Positions 1-7,832 are shown, counted from the first letter of the stretch. The stretch is DNA of 32,000 bases from Candidatus Electronema aureum (GCA_004284765.1 NQJD01000001.1:1-32000), one strand, 5' to 3'. The notes: generated by a model not told the origin, from the sequence alone. Translations and numbers: made by a program.

Positions 1-187
1 AGTATGCGAAGATGTCCTTATCACATTCGAGTTTGAAATACTCGCCGCAGATTTCCATAGTGATGACTTCTTCATCTGTTAAGGCAGGGTTAAATCCGCC
101 CCGCCGCAGCCGACATTGCTGCCTGATGACACCGTATTGTTCACAGACAAGCAGAAAGACAGCAATAACAAAATCGTCTCGATCCAT
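1..187 (-). mobile_element. DDE transposase gene, 5' part (IS element continuing beyond the left edge)
   Basis: Minus-strand ORF open at the window edge, so it is missing from the ORF track. ATG at 187-185 has AAGGAG 7 nt upstream. Translation is MDRDDFVIAVFLLVCEQYGVIRQQCRLRRGGFNPALTDEEVITMEICGEYFKLECDKDIFAY. The ..RRGGF.P.LTDEEVITMEI.GEY.. pattern matches the N-terminal region of IS4/IS5-type DDE transposases as I remember them. Family not resolved and IS ends not identified. Confidence 0.6.
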
Positions 188-409
188 TGGCGCACTCCTT
201 GTGAATAGGGCTTAGATACCACTATTCTACAGGATGCGCCCAATGGATCGGGCATCTTTTTTAAGAGTTGCACATTAGGTATTTTTTTATATCTCCTCAT
301 CTATTTTTCCTATTTTCTCATAGCCGCCGCCTATAAGAAAATGTTCTCCGTCTATCTCCTCATAGGAAAAAGAGATGAGAAAGTCCAAAAAATATACTTC
401 GAGATAGGC

Positions 410-988
410 GCGCCAGACGAGGAAGCCTTCTCCGGCTTCACCTTCAAAATTCAGGCCAATATGGAGTCGGCGTATCCCAGCGACATCATCGGCATTCACA
501 ACCACGGCACAATCAAGATCGGCGACACCTTCACCGACCGTGAGCCGCTCAAGTTCACCGGCATTCCCAACTTTGCCCCAGAGCATTTCCGCCGGGTGAT
601 CCTGAAGAATCCGCTCAAGATGAAGCAGCTCGCCAAGGGTCTGATTCAAATGGCCGAGGAAGGCGCGGTGCAGGTCTTCAGGCCGGTGCTTGGCAATGAC
701 TACATCCTCGGCGCGGTGGGCGTGCTGCAATTCGAGGTGACGATGGCGCGGCTCAAGGACGAGTACGGCGTGGAGGCGATTTCTGAGGGCATCAACTACA
801 ATCTGGCCCGCTGGGTAAGCTGCGAGGATCTGAAGAAGCTGAAGGCATTCGAGGCCAAGTGCCAAGGCAACTTAGCCTATGACGCGGAAGGGCATCTCGC
901 CTTCCTTGCTGATGGCCAGTGGCGGCTCAAGCACACCGCCGAGCTGTTCCCGGAGATAGTGTTTCATAAGACGAGGGAGCATAATTGA
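410..988 (+). pseudogene. prfC: Peptide chain release factor 3 (PrfC) remnant: C-terminal part only, with an internal deletion
   Basis: ORF 341-988 matches PrfC from ..[15 protein letters not shown].. through [33 protein letters not shown] and FHKTREH. The whole N-terminal GTPase domain is absent. KIQANM is joined directly to [13 protein letters not shown], so about 50 aa of domain II (the R.AF.RV.SG beta-barrel segment in E. coli PrfC) is skipped. Confidence 0.8.
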
Positions 989-1042
989 GAATTCTGAGCA
1001 GGGGCGAAGAGATATCGCCTCTGCCTTTTCTTGGAGGAAATT

Positions 1043-2101
1043 ATGGCTATTGTAAAAAGAGAAAGCGGTGCCTGGAAAACCGTGACCAATAAATTGAAAC
1101 AGGCAGGGATACGGATCAACACCGAAGGTGAACTGCTGCAATTGTTAGACAAAGAAAAAATAAAACATGCTGAATCTGTCGGACTGCTTGAGCAGAAAAA
1201 GCAAGAAGCTGATCAACGCTGCAAGAATGAAATTGCTCAAATATTCGCAGAGCAAGAGAACAGTCTGTCTTTAATACGTAAAGAATTCAGCAGGAAGATT
1301 CGTCCTGTTCAAGATAGAATTGATGCGCTTAAAAAACAGCAGGATGAAGTGAACGAAAAAAGTTTCGTTTACAAAATGTTCCATTTGCTTGAAATAATAA
1401 AATTGTCAAGCGAGGTAAAAAAGATGAATCTCAAGCTCAGGAAAATCACTTCGGACAAAGATGATACACTAAAAGAACAGAGTAATTTTTTTGATAGAAA
1501 ACGACTGGACGCAAATCAAGATCGTAATGACATTATATATACCATTAAAAATGAAATGTATGTCACAGGAAGGAGGATAGCTATTATAGAGGAAACATTA
1601 GCATCGAATGATTATTATGGTGCTGTTGCAGAGCTGAAGATGATCGATTTCCTCAGGAAGTTACCTGATAAATATCAGGTCATAAATGATGTTTCTATAA
1701 AATTAAACAAAAGCATACAGCTCGATAAAAAATGGATACAGTCTGTTCAAATTGATCACCTTGTTATTGGCCCATCAGGTGTCTTTATCATTGAGGTGAA
1801 AAACTGGAGTAAAAAATTTGCCTCTACAGGTGATTTTCATGATCCGTACAATCAAATCAAACGACATAACCGAGCATGTTATATCTTGCTTAAAGAACAA
1901 TGTGAGACAAAATTGAGAAACATAATCGCCTGCGCAAATCATCTTCCGTCCAAGACGGATGAAAAATATATCAAGGTTATGCCTATCGAACAAGTTATTG
2001 GATATATTCTTTGGTTCAAAGAGGAGATACATGATAATCAAGAAGTTGCGCAGATAGCCCGCTTTTTTGAAGGAAGAATTAACGATACTGTTTCTTGGTA
2101 A
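1043..2101 (+). CDS. Coiled-coil N-terminal region fused to a C-terminal NERD (PD-(D/E)xK nuclease-related) domain
   Basis: ORF 1031-2101. ATG at 1043 follows GGAGGA at 1033-1038. The N-terminal ~170 aa are K/E/Q-rich heptad-like sequence. The C-terminal part carries the NERD core IDHLVIGPSGVFIIEVKNW (D...ExK) plus downstream Q.KRH. The gene is visibly AT-rich compared with its flanks. Confidence 0.75.
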   Translation: MAIVKRESGAWKTVTNKLKQAGIRINTEGELLQLLDKEKIKHAESVGLLEQKKQEADQRCKNEIAQIFAEQENSLSLIRKEFSRKIRPVQDRIDALKKQQDEVNEKSFVYKMFHLLEIIKLSSEVKKMNLKLRKITSDKDDTLKEQSNFFDRKRLDANQDRNDIIYTIKNEMYVTGRRIAIIEETLASNDYYGAVAELKMIDFLRKLPDKYQVINDVSIKLNKSIQLDKKWIQSVQIDHLVIGPSGVFIIEVKNWSKKFASTGDFHDPYNQIKRHNRACYILLKEQCETKLRNIIACANHLPSKTDEKYIKVMPIEQVIGYILWFKEEIHDNQEVAQIARFFEGRINDTVSW

Positions 2102-2205
2102 ATATCGTCCGCCGAGCCTGAGCACAGGCTGTCGGACATAGAAAACGCTTCGGCGAAAGACCTTTCGCCCCTTGAACCCAGCCTGCTACTGCCTCCTTGC
2201 TTTTT

Positions 2206-2223
2206 TGTATCCTACAGGATACA
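2206..2223. promoter_or_regulatory. 18-bp palindrome TGTATCCT-AC-AGGATACA, probable operator of the toxin-antitoxin module
   Basis: Perfect 8-bp arms with a 2-nt centre, ending 8 nt upstream of the toxin ATG at 2231. This placement is typical for autoregulation by an HTH antitoxin. Confidence 0.45.
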
Positions 2224-2230
2224 CTTAATT

Positions 2231-2531
2231 ATGCAATACACCCTCCAAAGCACCAAGCAGTTTGACAAATGGTTTGCCAAGCTGAAAGACCCGGCAGTCA
2301 GAACAAGAATTTTGGCCCGCTTTGTCCGCGGTTGAAAACGGCAGCTTTGGAGATTTCAAGCAACTGAGTGAAAATCTGTTTGAACTGCGCTTCTTCTTTG
2401 CCGCCGGCCTGCGTATTTATTACACCGTGCGGCAGAATCAAATAGTGCTGCTGCTTGTCGGCGGCGACAAATCCACTCAGAGCAAAGACATAGAAGCCGC
2501 CAGCAGGCTGATTGACGAATTGGAGGAATGA
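2231..2531 (+). pseudogene. RelE/ParE-superfamily 'addiction module killer' (HigB-like) toxin, frameshifted
   Basis: Frame 1 from ATG 2231 gives MQYTLQSTKQFDKWFAKLKDPAVRTRILARFVRG and stops at 2333-2335. The family sequence continues in the next frame as VENGSFGDFKQLSENLFELRFFFAAGLRIYYTVRQNQIVLLLVGGDKSTQSKDIEAA.. (track ORF 2322-2531). The total span is 301 nt, which fits a 1-nt insertion near 2327-2332 (cgcGGtt). Confidence 0.75.
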
Positions 2532-2534
2532 ACT

Positions 2535-2825
2535 ATGGCCCTGCAAACAAAACCGTTCGACATCGCCGAACACCTGAACACGGCTGAAGAAATCCGCATG
2601 TTCCTGCAAGAGGTCGCTGCCTACGGCGACGAAGCTGATTTCATTCACGCCTTGAACACGGCGGCCAGAGCAATGGGCATGACGGAACTCGCGAAAAAAG
2701 CGGGCATTTCCCGCGCAAGCCTGTACAAATCGCTTGCTGAAAACGGCAATCCGAAATTCTCAACCATCAGCAAAGTCACCAAGGCCCTTGGCTGCAAATT
2801 GGCTGTTGTGCAGCAGGGAACGTAG
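2535..2825 (+). CDS. Addiction-module antidote protein (HigA-like, HTH/XRE-type antitoxin)
   Basis: 96 aa, starting 3 nt after the toxin stop. FD.AEHL.T.EEI..FL.. and an HTH (GMTELAKKAGISRASLYKSL) followed by NP.F.T..KV..ALG.KL are characteristic of this family. Confidence 0.85.
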   Translation: MALQTKPFDIAEHLNTAEEIRMFLQEVAAYGDEADFIHALNTAARAMGMTELAKKAGISRASLYKSLAENGNPKFSTISKVTKALGCKLAVVQQGT

Positions 2826-2849
2826 GGGAGTTTCGCGAAACGTCCCTAC
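2822..2849. repeat. REP-like palindrome GTAGGGGAGTTTCGCGAAACGTCCCTAC
   Basis: Imperfect hairpin overlapping the antitoxin stop codon. It shares the GTAGGG / CCCTAC termini with the element at 17034-17061. Confidence 0.6.
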
Positions 2850-3025
2850 ACGCGCCTGTATCCACAATCCCGGCTTGAGCGCAGCCCCGGAACGTATAAT
2901 GCAAGGTCTGATTCACAACTTGGGTTAGTGGATATATTGGATGTGCGACTGGCGTAGATAATGTAGGTGGCGGATACTGACATGACAAAATTCAACAGGC
3001 AGTCATCGCCTTATAAAGAAAGAGC

Positions 3026-3862
3026 ATGGATACTTTCCTGATCGACGAGCTACTGCGCGGCTTTCTCCGTGAAGACATAGAACACGGTGACATCACCACT
3101 GAAGCCATTTTTTCTAACACGGAAACGGCCTCTGCTTCGCTGCAAGCGCGGGAGTCGCTGATTGCTGCTGGGATAGAGACAGTTGCAGCCAGAGTCTTTC
3201 GTCTCTTAGACGACCGCCTGATCTTCACCCAAATTGCCCCAGACGGAGCGCGGATTGCTCCCGGCGAGGTGCTGATGACAGTGAGCGGGCCGGTGCGGAA
3301 TATTCTTCGGGGCGAACGGGTGGCTCTGAATCTGGTGCAACGGCTTTGCGGTATCGCCACGTTGACGCGGAACTACGTGGATGCGGTGCAGAGTTGCAAG
3401 GCCGCTATTGCCGATACCCGCAAGACCACACCCGGCCTGCGTCTGCTGGAGAAATACGCAGTGCGGGTCGGCGGTGGCAGAAACCATCGCTATAGCCTCA
3501 GTGACGGGGTACTGATCAAGGATAACCACATCGCAGCCTGTGGCTCGATCAGCGAAGCAGTGCGGCGGACACGCGCGGTTGTGCCGCACACCATCGCTAT
3601 CGAAGTAGAAACTGACACGCTGGCGCAAGTGGAGGAATGCCTGCGCTGCGGGGTGCAGATTATCATGCTCGACAACATGGATGTGGAAAACCTACGGCAA
3701 GCAGTAGCGATGATTGGCGGCAAAGCTCTTGTGGAAGCCTCTGGCGGGGTGAATCTGCATACCGTACGGGCGATTGCTGAAACCGGGGTGGATATTATTT
3801 CCGTGGGTGCATTGACCCATTCCGCCCCGGCCTGTGATATTGGTTTAGATTGGATAAGCTAA
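3026..3862 (+). CDS. nadC: Nicotinate-nucleotide pyrophosphorylase (quinolinate phosphoribosyltransferase)
   Basis: 278 aa with GERVALNLVQRLCGIAT, TRKTTPGLRLLEKYAVRVGGGRNHR, LIKDNHI, IEVE, IMLDN and EASGG. Confidence 0.95.
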   Translation: MDTFLIDELLRGFLREDIEHGDITTEAIFSNTETASASLQARESLIAAGIETVAARVFRLLDDRLIFTQIAPDGARIAPGEVLMTVSGPVRNILRGERVALNLVQRLCGIATLTRNYVDAVQSCKAAIADTRKTTPGLRLLEKYAVRVGGGRNHRYSLSDGVLIKDNHIAACGSISEAVRRTRAVVPHTIAIEVETDTLAQVEECLRCGVQIIMLDNMDVENLRQAVAMIGGKALVEASGGVNLHTVRAIAETGVDIISVGALTHSAPACDIGLDWIS

Positions 3863-5274
3863 GATTGTTTTTCCGTGCTGTTCTCAACCCGAAGAGGCTT
3901 GAGCAGCTCTTCGTCAGGGACGGTACAAGGCAGCGATCTACCAATGTACGCCTCAATATCGGGTAAATGAAATGCGCCTTCCTCACAGGCAAAGCTGACC
4001 GCAATGCCACTCATTCCAGCTCGGCCTGTTCTACCGATGCGGTGGACGTAATCCTCTGGTTCCTCTGGCAGCGTGTAGTTGACCACATGACTGATGCCAT
4101 CAATGTGAATGCCCCGGCCCGCCACATCAGTAGCGATCATCACCCCAGTCTTTTCCGCCCGAAACCGTTCTAAGCGAGACATGCGTTTCTGTTGAGGCAC
4201 ATCGCCAGTGAGCAGGGCTGCATTGATGCCAGTGCGTTTTAGTCGCTCATGGAGCCGGGCTGCTTCGCTTTTCATGTTGGTAAAAACCATAATCCGCTCA
4301 TGCGACTGCTGCGCGATAAGGTTGCAGAGTACGGTATATTTTTGCTCACCGGTAACAGTGTAAATAACCTGCTTGACCGTCTCCACCGCCACCTGATCTG
4401 GGTCGCTTTCAATATAGACCGGCTTCACGCACCACTGTGAGACCAGATGCTTGACATCCTCATTAACTGTGGCAGAGAACAGCATAGTCTGCCGCTGCTC
4501 TTTGGGCTTGATACGAGAGATAATTCGGCGCACATCCGGGATAAAGCCCATGTCCAGCATCCGGTCGGCCTCGTCAATGACCATGATGCCAGCCTGATCA
4601 AGAGTGATGATCTTTTTGGAAACATAATCTAACAGACGACCGGGAGTGGCCACAATTACATCTGTTGGACGTTCTGCGAGCTGCTGTGCCTGCTTTTGGT
4701 AGTCAGTACCGCCATAGACCGCAACGATGCGCAGCGAGGTATGCTTGGCAAGAGCCTTGCTGTCTTTGACAATCTGCATGATTAGCTCGCGAGTTGGGGC
4801 GATGATCAGAGCACGGGGTAGGCCAGGCTTGCGCAGGGCTTGCTTTTCGTTGAGCAAGCGGGTGAAAAGGGCAACGAGAAAGACCGCGCTTTTACCGGTG
4901 CCTGTGCCTGCCCTAGCGATGATATCTTTGCCTTCTAAGGCAGAAGGCAGAGCCTTTTCTTGAATTGGGGTGCAGTATTTGAAGTCCAGATCAGCAATGC
5001 CGTGCATCAGGGCTGGCGGCAGGGCGAAATCATGGAAGCGGCTGCGGCCCTCTACGGGATCAACCGGGTATTCGACGATGCTCCATTCCGGCTGCTTTGG
5101 CTTTTGGGGACGCTCTGGCCTGCGGCGGCGGGCTTGCTGCTGGCTTTCCGTAGGCTGGGTTTGCGGCTGTACTTCTTGGGCTGGCTTGGAGGTAGGTGCG
5201 GTTTCAGGCTGCACCTTGCTGGACCAGACCCGTTTAAGCTGTCTTCCTACCTTGGCAACAAATGCTTTGATCAT
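3859..5274 (-). CDS. DEAD-box ATP-dependent RNA helicase with a basic/Pro-Gln-rich N-terminal extension
   Basis: Q-motif region (F.DF.L...L..GI..L.F..CTPIQ), AGTGTGKS, PTRELI, VIDEADRMLDMGF, SAT, ARGID-like GRGIH and HRIGRTGRAG. The track ORF begins with TTG at 5313; the first ATG is at 5274. No clear SD for either, so the start is uncertain. The 3' end overlaps the nadC stop by 4 nt (convergent). Confidence 0.9.
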   Translation of the reverse strand: MIKAFVAKVGRQLKRVWSSKVQPETAPTSKPAQEVQPQTQPTESQQQARRRRPERPQKPKQPEWSIVEYPVDPVEGRSRFHDFALPPALMHGIADLDFKYCTPIQEKALPSALEGKDIIARAGTGTGKSAVFLVALFTRLLNEKQALRKPGLPRALIIAPTRELIMQIVKDSKALAKHTSLRIVAVYGGTDYQKQAQQLAERPTDVIVATPGRLLDYVSKKIITLDQAGIMVIDEADRMLDMGFIPDVRRIISRIKPKEQRQTMLFSATVNEDVKHLVSQWCVKPVYIESDPDQVAVETVKQVIYTVTGEQKYTVLCNLIAQQSHERIMVFTNMKSEAARLHERLKRTGINAALLTGDVPQQKRMSRLERFRAEKTGVMIATDVAGRGIHIDGISHVVNYTLPEEPEDYVHRIGRTGRAGMSGIAVSFACEEGAFHLPDIEAYIGRSLPCTVPDEELLKPLRVENSTEKQS

Positions 5275-5365
5275 ATATGAGAGGTGATACGGCAACAAAT
5301 GAGGTTGGTGCAAGGGAACAACGCGGCAATACCTGTCGCCCGCGTTGGCGCATGGGAGCGGGTTC

Positions 5366-5503
5366 CAAAATCCTAAACGCTTAGGATTTGCATTCCCATT
5401 AGCTTAGGATTCAGATTCCCAAACGTTTAGGATTTAAAATCCCATTAGCTTAGGATCCAAAATCCTATGAGAATAGGATTTGCATTCCCACTCTCATAGG
5501 ATT
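5366..5503. repeat. Six exactly phased 23-bp tandem units, each an imperfect dyad A(A/T)TCC(T/C)A-N6-(T/A)TAGGAT(T/C)
   Basis: Units start at 5366, 5389, 5412, 5435, 5458 and 5481. They read caaaatcctaaacgcttaggatt, tgcattcccattagcttaggatt, cagattcccaaacgtttaggatt, taaaatcccattagcttaggatc, caaaatcctatgagaataggatt and tgcattcccactctcataggatt. The array lies between the ABC-F stop (5534) and the helicase start. Confidence 0.9.
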
Positions 5504-5533
5504 TCGGCGGAGGCTCTGCTCCGCCGCATCCGG

Positions 5534-7144
5534 TCACGCTGCTTCCAGCTCCAGGCCGCAGCAGGTGGTCAGATAGTCGTCAAAGCTCATCCGCGCGTCC
5601 GTGATGCGGTCTGGCAGGAACTCGATGATCCGGTTGGCCACGGTTGAGACAAGCTGGTGATCGTGCGAGGAGAACAGCATTGCCTCTGGGTACGCGGTGA
5701 GCGCGTTGTTGAGGGAGGTAATGGATTCGAGGTCAAGATGGTTGGTTGGCTCGTCGAGAATCAGGGCGTTGGCTCCAGAAAGCATCATCCGCGATAACAT
5801 GCAGCGTACTCGCTCACCACCAGAGAGAACAGAAACTTTTTTCAGAGCTTCCTCACCGGAAAAGAGCATCCGACCGAGAAAACCTCGGACAAAGCTCTCG
5901 GTCTCCTGCGGCGGCGCGTACTGCCGCAACCAGGTGACGATGTTCATGTCCGTGTCTTTGAAGTAGGAGTTGTTCTCCTTGGGGAAATAAGCCTTACTGA
6001 TGGTCACGCCCCAGCGCACCGTGCCTGCGTCCGGCTCTAGCTCGCCCGCGAGAATCTGGAAGAAGGTGGTTTTCGCCAGGCCATTGGAACCGACAAAGGC
6101 GATCTTGTCGCCCTTGCCTACACTCAGGCTGAAATCCTTGAACATCGTCACCCCGTCAACCGTTTTGCTCAGGTTCTCGATCTCCAAGATGATGTCGCCG
6201 CTGGGTCGCTCTGGCTTAAAGTCAATAAAGGGATACTTGCGTGAAGACATGGGCATGTCTTCAATGGTCAGCTTCTCCAGCAGCTTCTTGCGGGAGGTGG
6301 CTTGCTTGGCCTTAGAAGCGTTCGAGCTGAAGCGGCGGATAAAGTCCTTCAGGTCTTGCTCCTTGGCCTTGGTCTTCTTGTTTTCAGTCTCTTTCTGGCG
6401 GAGTTGGAGCTGGCTGGCCTGCTGCCAGAAATCGTAGTTGCCAACATAGACCTGAATCTTGCTGTAGTCAATGTCTGCCATGTGGGTGCAGACCTGATTG
6501 AGGAAATGCCGGTCATGCGAGACGATAATAACCGTGTTCGAGAAGCGAGAGAGGAAGTTCTCCAGCCAAGTGATAGTGGCAATGTCGAGCTGGTTGGTTG
6601 GCTCGTCGAGGAGGAGAATGTCAGGGTTGCCGAACAGGGCTTGGGCGAGCAGCACCCGCACCTTGTCTGTGCCTTCCAGCTCCTTCATCTTCTTCTGCCG
6701 CAGCTCTTCGCCAATACCCACGCCATTGAGCAGCACTGCCGCCTCAGACTCGGACTCGTAGCCGTTCATTTCGCCGAACAGGACTTCCAGTTCGCCGGAG
6801 CGCATACCATCTGCCTCGGTGAATTCGGTCTTGGCATAGATTTTGTCCCGCTCGGCCATCACCTCGTAGAGCTTTTTATGGCCCATGATCACCGTGTTGA
6901 TGACGGTGTGCTCATCAAAAGCGAACTGATCCTGCCTGAGCACGGTAAGGCGTTTCCCCGGATCAATGGAAACCTGACCTTGCTGCGGGTCAATCTCGCC
7001 GGACAGTATCTTGAGGAAGGTGGATTTGCCTGCGCCGTTGGCTCCGATCAGGCCGTAGCAGTTGCCGGGGGTGAACTTAATGTTAACTTCTTTGAAGATG
7101 ACTCTTTTGCCGTAGGAGAGTCCAATATTGGTGGCTGTGATCAT
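5534..7144 (-). CDS. ABC-F family ATPase (YbiT-like, two ABC domains, no transmembrane domain)
   Basis: Two Walker A motifs (GANGAGKST, GSNGLAKTT), two signatures (LSGGE plus a divergent first one) and two Walker B motifs (LLLDEPTN, LILDEPTN). A Lys-rich interdomain linker is present (KKTKAKEQDLKDFIRRFSSNASKAKQATSRKK). The protein is colinear with E. coli YbiT as recalled. The likely start is ATG 7144 (MITATNIGLSYG), not the upstream 7237 of the track ORF. Confidence 0.9.
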   Translation of the reverse strand: MITATNIGLSYGKRVIFKEVNIKFTPGNCYGLIGANGAGKSTFLKILSGEIDPQQGQVSIDPGKRLTVLRQDQFAFDEHTVINTVIMGHKKLYEVMAERDKIYAKTEFTEADGMRSGELEVLFGEMNGYESESEAAVLLNGVGIGEELRQKKMKELEGTDKVRVLLAQALFGNPDILLLDEPTNQLDIATITWLENFLSRFSNTVIIVSHDRHFLNQVCTHMADIDYSKIQVYVGNYDFWQQASQLQLRQKETENKKTKAKEQDLKDFIRRFSSNASKAKQATSRKKLLEKLTIEDMPMSSRKYPFIDFKPERPSGDIILEIENLSKTVDGVTMFKDFSLSVGKGDKIAFVGSNGLAKTTFFQILAGELEPDAGTVRWGVTISKAYFPKENNSYFKDTDMNIVTWLRQYAPPQETESFVRGFLGRMLFSGEEALKKVSVLSGGERVRCMLSRMMLSGANALILDEPTNHLDLESITSLNNALTAYPEAMLFSSHDHQLVSTVANRIIEFLPDRITDARMSFDDYLTTCCGLELEAA

Positions 7145-7254
7145 AGCTGTATGAATGGTGCGAAATGATGTTGGAAAATAATGAGAACCGCAAGGAGGGA
7201 ATCTGGAGAAGGCCGGATGAAACATCCGTGCCTCCACCGAAAGTACCGCAGGCG

Positions 7255-7413
7255 TTATTCAGACGGCGGCACTTCTGTTCCGGCAGCCGCGTCTTCCCTG
7301 CCGTCATCTGTTTTTTTCTTTTTTTCGAGCTTTTCCTGCTGTTTTTCTTCCTGCTTCTTTTTCTTTGCCAGTTCCTTCTGGCGTTTTTCAAAGGAATAGT
7401 TTGTTCTCGCCAA
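7255..7413 (-). CDS. Unannotated 52-aa Lys/Glu-rich small protein (TTG start)
   Basis: TTG at 7413-7411 lies 6 nt downstream of GGAAGGAG (7427-7420). Hand-checked translation is MARTNYSFEKRQKELAKKKKQEEKQQEKLEKKKKTDDGREDAAAGTEVPPSE, with stop TAA at 7257-7255. It is below the 60-aa cut-off of the ORF track. It lies between the csp terminator and the ABC-F gene on the same strand. Confidence 0.45.
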   Translation of the reverse strand: MARTNYSFEKRQKELAKKKKQEEKQQEKLEKKKKTDDGREDAAAGTEVPPSE

Positions 7414-7449
7414 GAGATGCTCCTTCCGTTTTTGCTGGGCAAAATGATC

Positions 7450-7481
7450 AAAAAAAAAGACCCCGCAATCTCTACGGGGTC
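7450..7481 (-). terminator. Rho-independent terminator downstream of the first csp gene
   Basis: On the minus strand, GACCCCG-tagagattg-CGGGGTC is followed by T9 (plus-strand A-run 7450-7458). It lies 26 nt after the csp stop. Confidence 0.8.
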
Positions 7482-7506
7482 TCCATGATGCTGCTCGGTT
7501 CAGCGG

Positions 7507-7710
7507 TTACTTCTTCTGAACAACGTTCTCTGCGGCCAAGCCTTTCGGACCGTTAACCACATCAAAGGTGACTCGTGCGCCTTCTTGCAGGGATTTGAAA
7601 CCATCAGCTTTAATTGCAGAGTGATGGACGAATACATCCTTTCCACCATCTTCCTGAATAAAACCAAAACCCTTAGCATCGTTAAACCACTTCACTATAC
7701 CTTCTGCCAT
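7507..7710 (-). CDS. Cold-shock protein, CspA family
   Basis: 67 aa with [12 protein letters not shown] (RNP1) and VFVHHSAI (RNP2). GAGGAG SD lies 8 nt upstream. Confidence 0.95.
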   Translation of the reverse strand: MAEGIVKWFNDAKGFGFIQEDGGKDVFVHHSAIKADGFKSLQEGARVTFDVVNGPKGLAAENVVQKK

Positions 7711-7832
7711 TTTTACCGCTCCTCGCTGGCGGCGGCCCAGTCTTGCCGAACCGCCTATAACTCATTCTTCAATTGCCGGGCAGACATGCTGCCGACAGAT
7801 CATTGCTGTGCTGTTTTTTGAAAACGCACGTT

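Noticed and set aside
287-865. 192-aa minus-strand ORF
   Set aside because: It is antisense to the PrfC-homologous frame. It has no recognisable motifs and looks like a typical shadow ORF of a GC-rich coding region.
2327-2335. Programmed +1/-1 ribosomal frameshift in the toxin gene
   Set aside because: There is no slippery heptamer or downstream stimulatory structure at the junction. A simple 1-nt insertion (pseudogenisation or sequencing error) is more parsimonious.
5366-5503. Possible CRISPR array
   Set aside because: The units are contiguous 23-mers without unique spacers. There is no leader and there are no cas genes. The architecture is a tandem dyad repeat, not repeat-spacer.
5505-5526. 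GC-rich hairpin CGGCGGAG-gctctg-CTCCGCCG as an intrinsic terminator of the ABC-F gene
   Set aside because: The stem is good, but no T/U-tract follows it on either strand. It could still be an RNA-stabilising hairpin, so I did not call it a terminator.
6302-7168. 288-aa plus-strand ORF, together with 6000-6437 and 6498-6761
   Set aside because: These lie entirely antisense to the well-supported ABC-F gene. The sequence is low-complexity and Leu/Val/Gly-rich, and no SD is present.
7083-7451. 122-aa minus-strand ORF upstream of and overlapping the ABC-F start
   Set aside because: It runs 60 nt into the ABC-F coding region in another frame and starts inside the csp terminator T-tract. The TTG-initiated 52-aa frame with a strong SD explains the region better.
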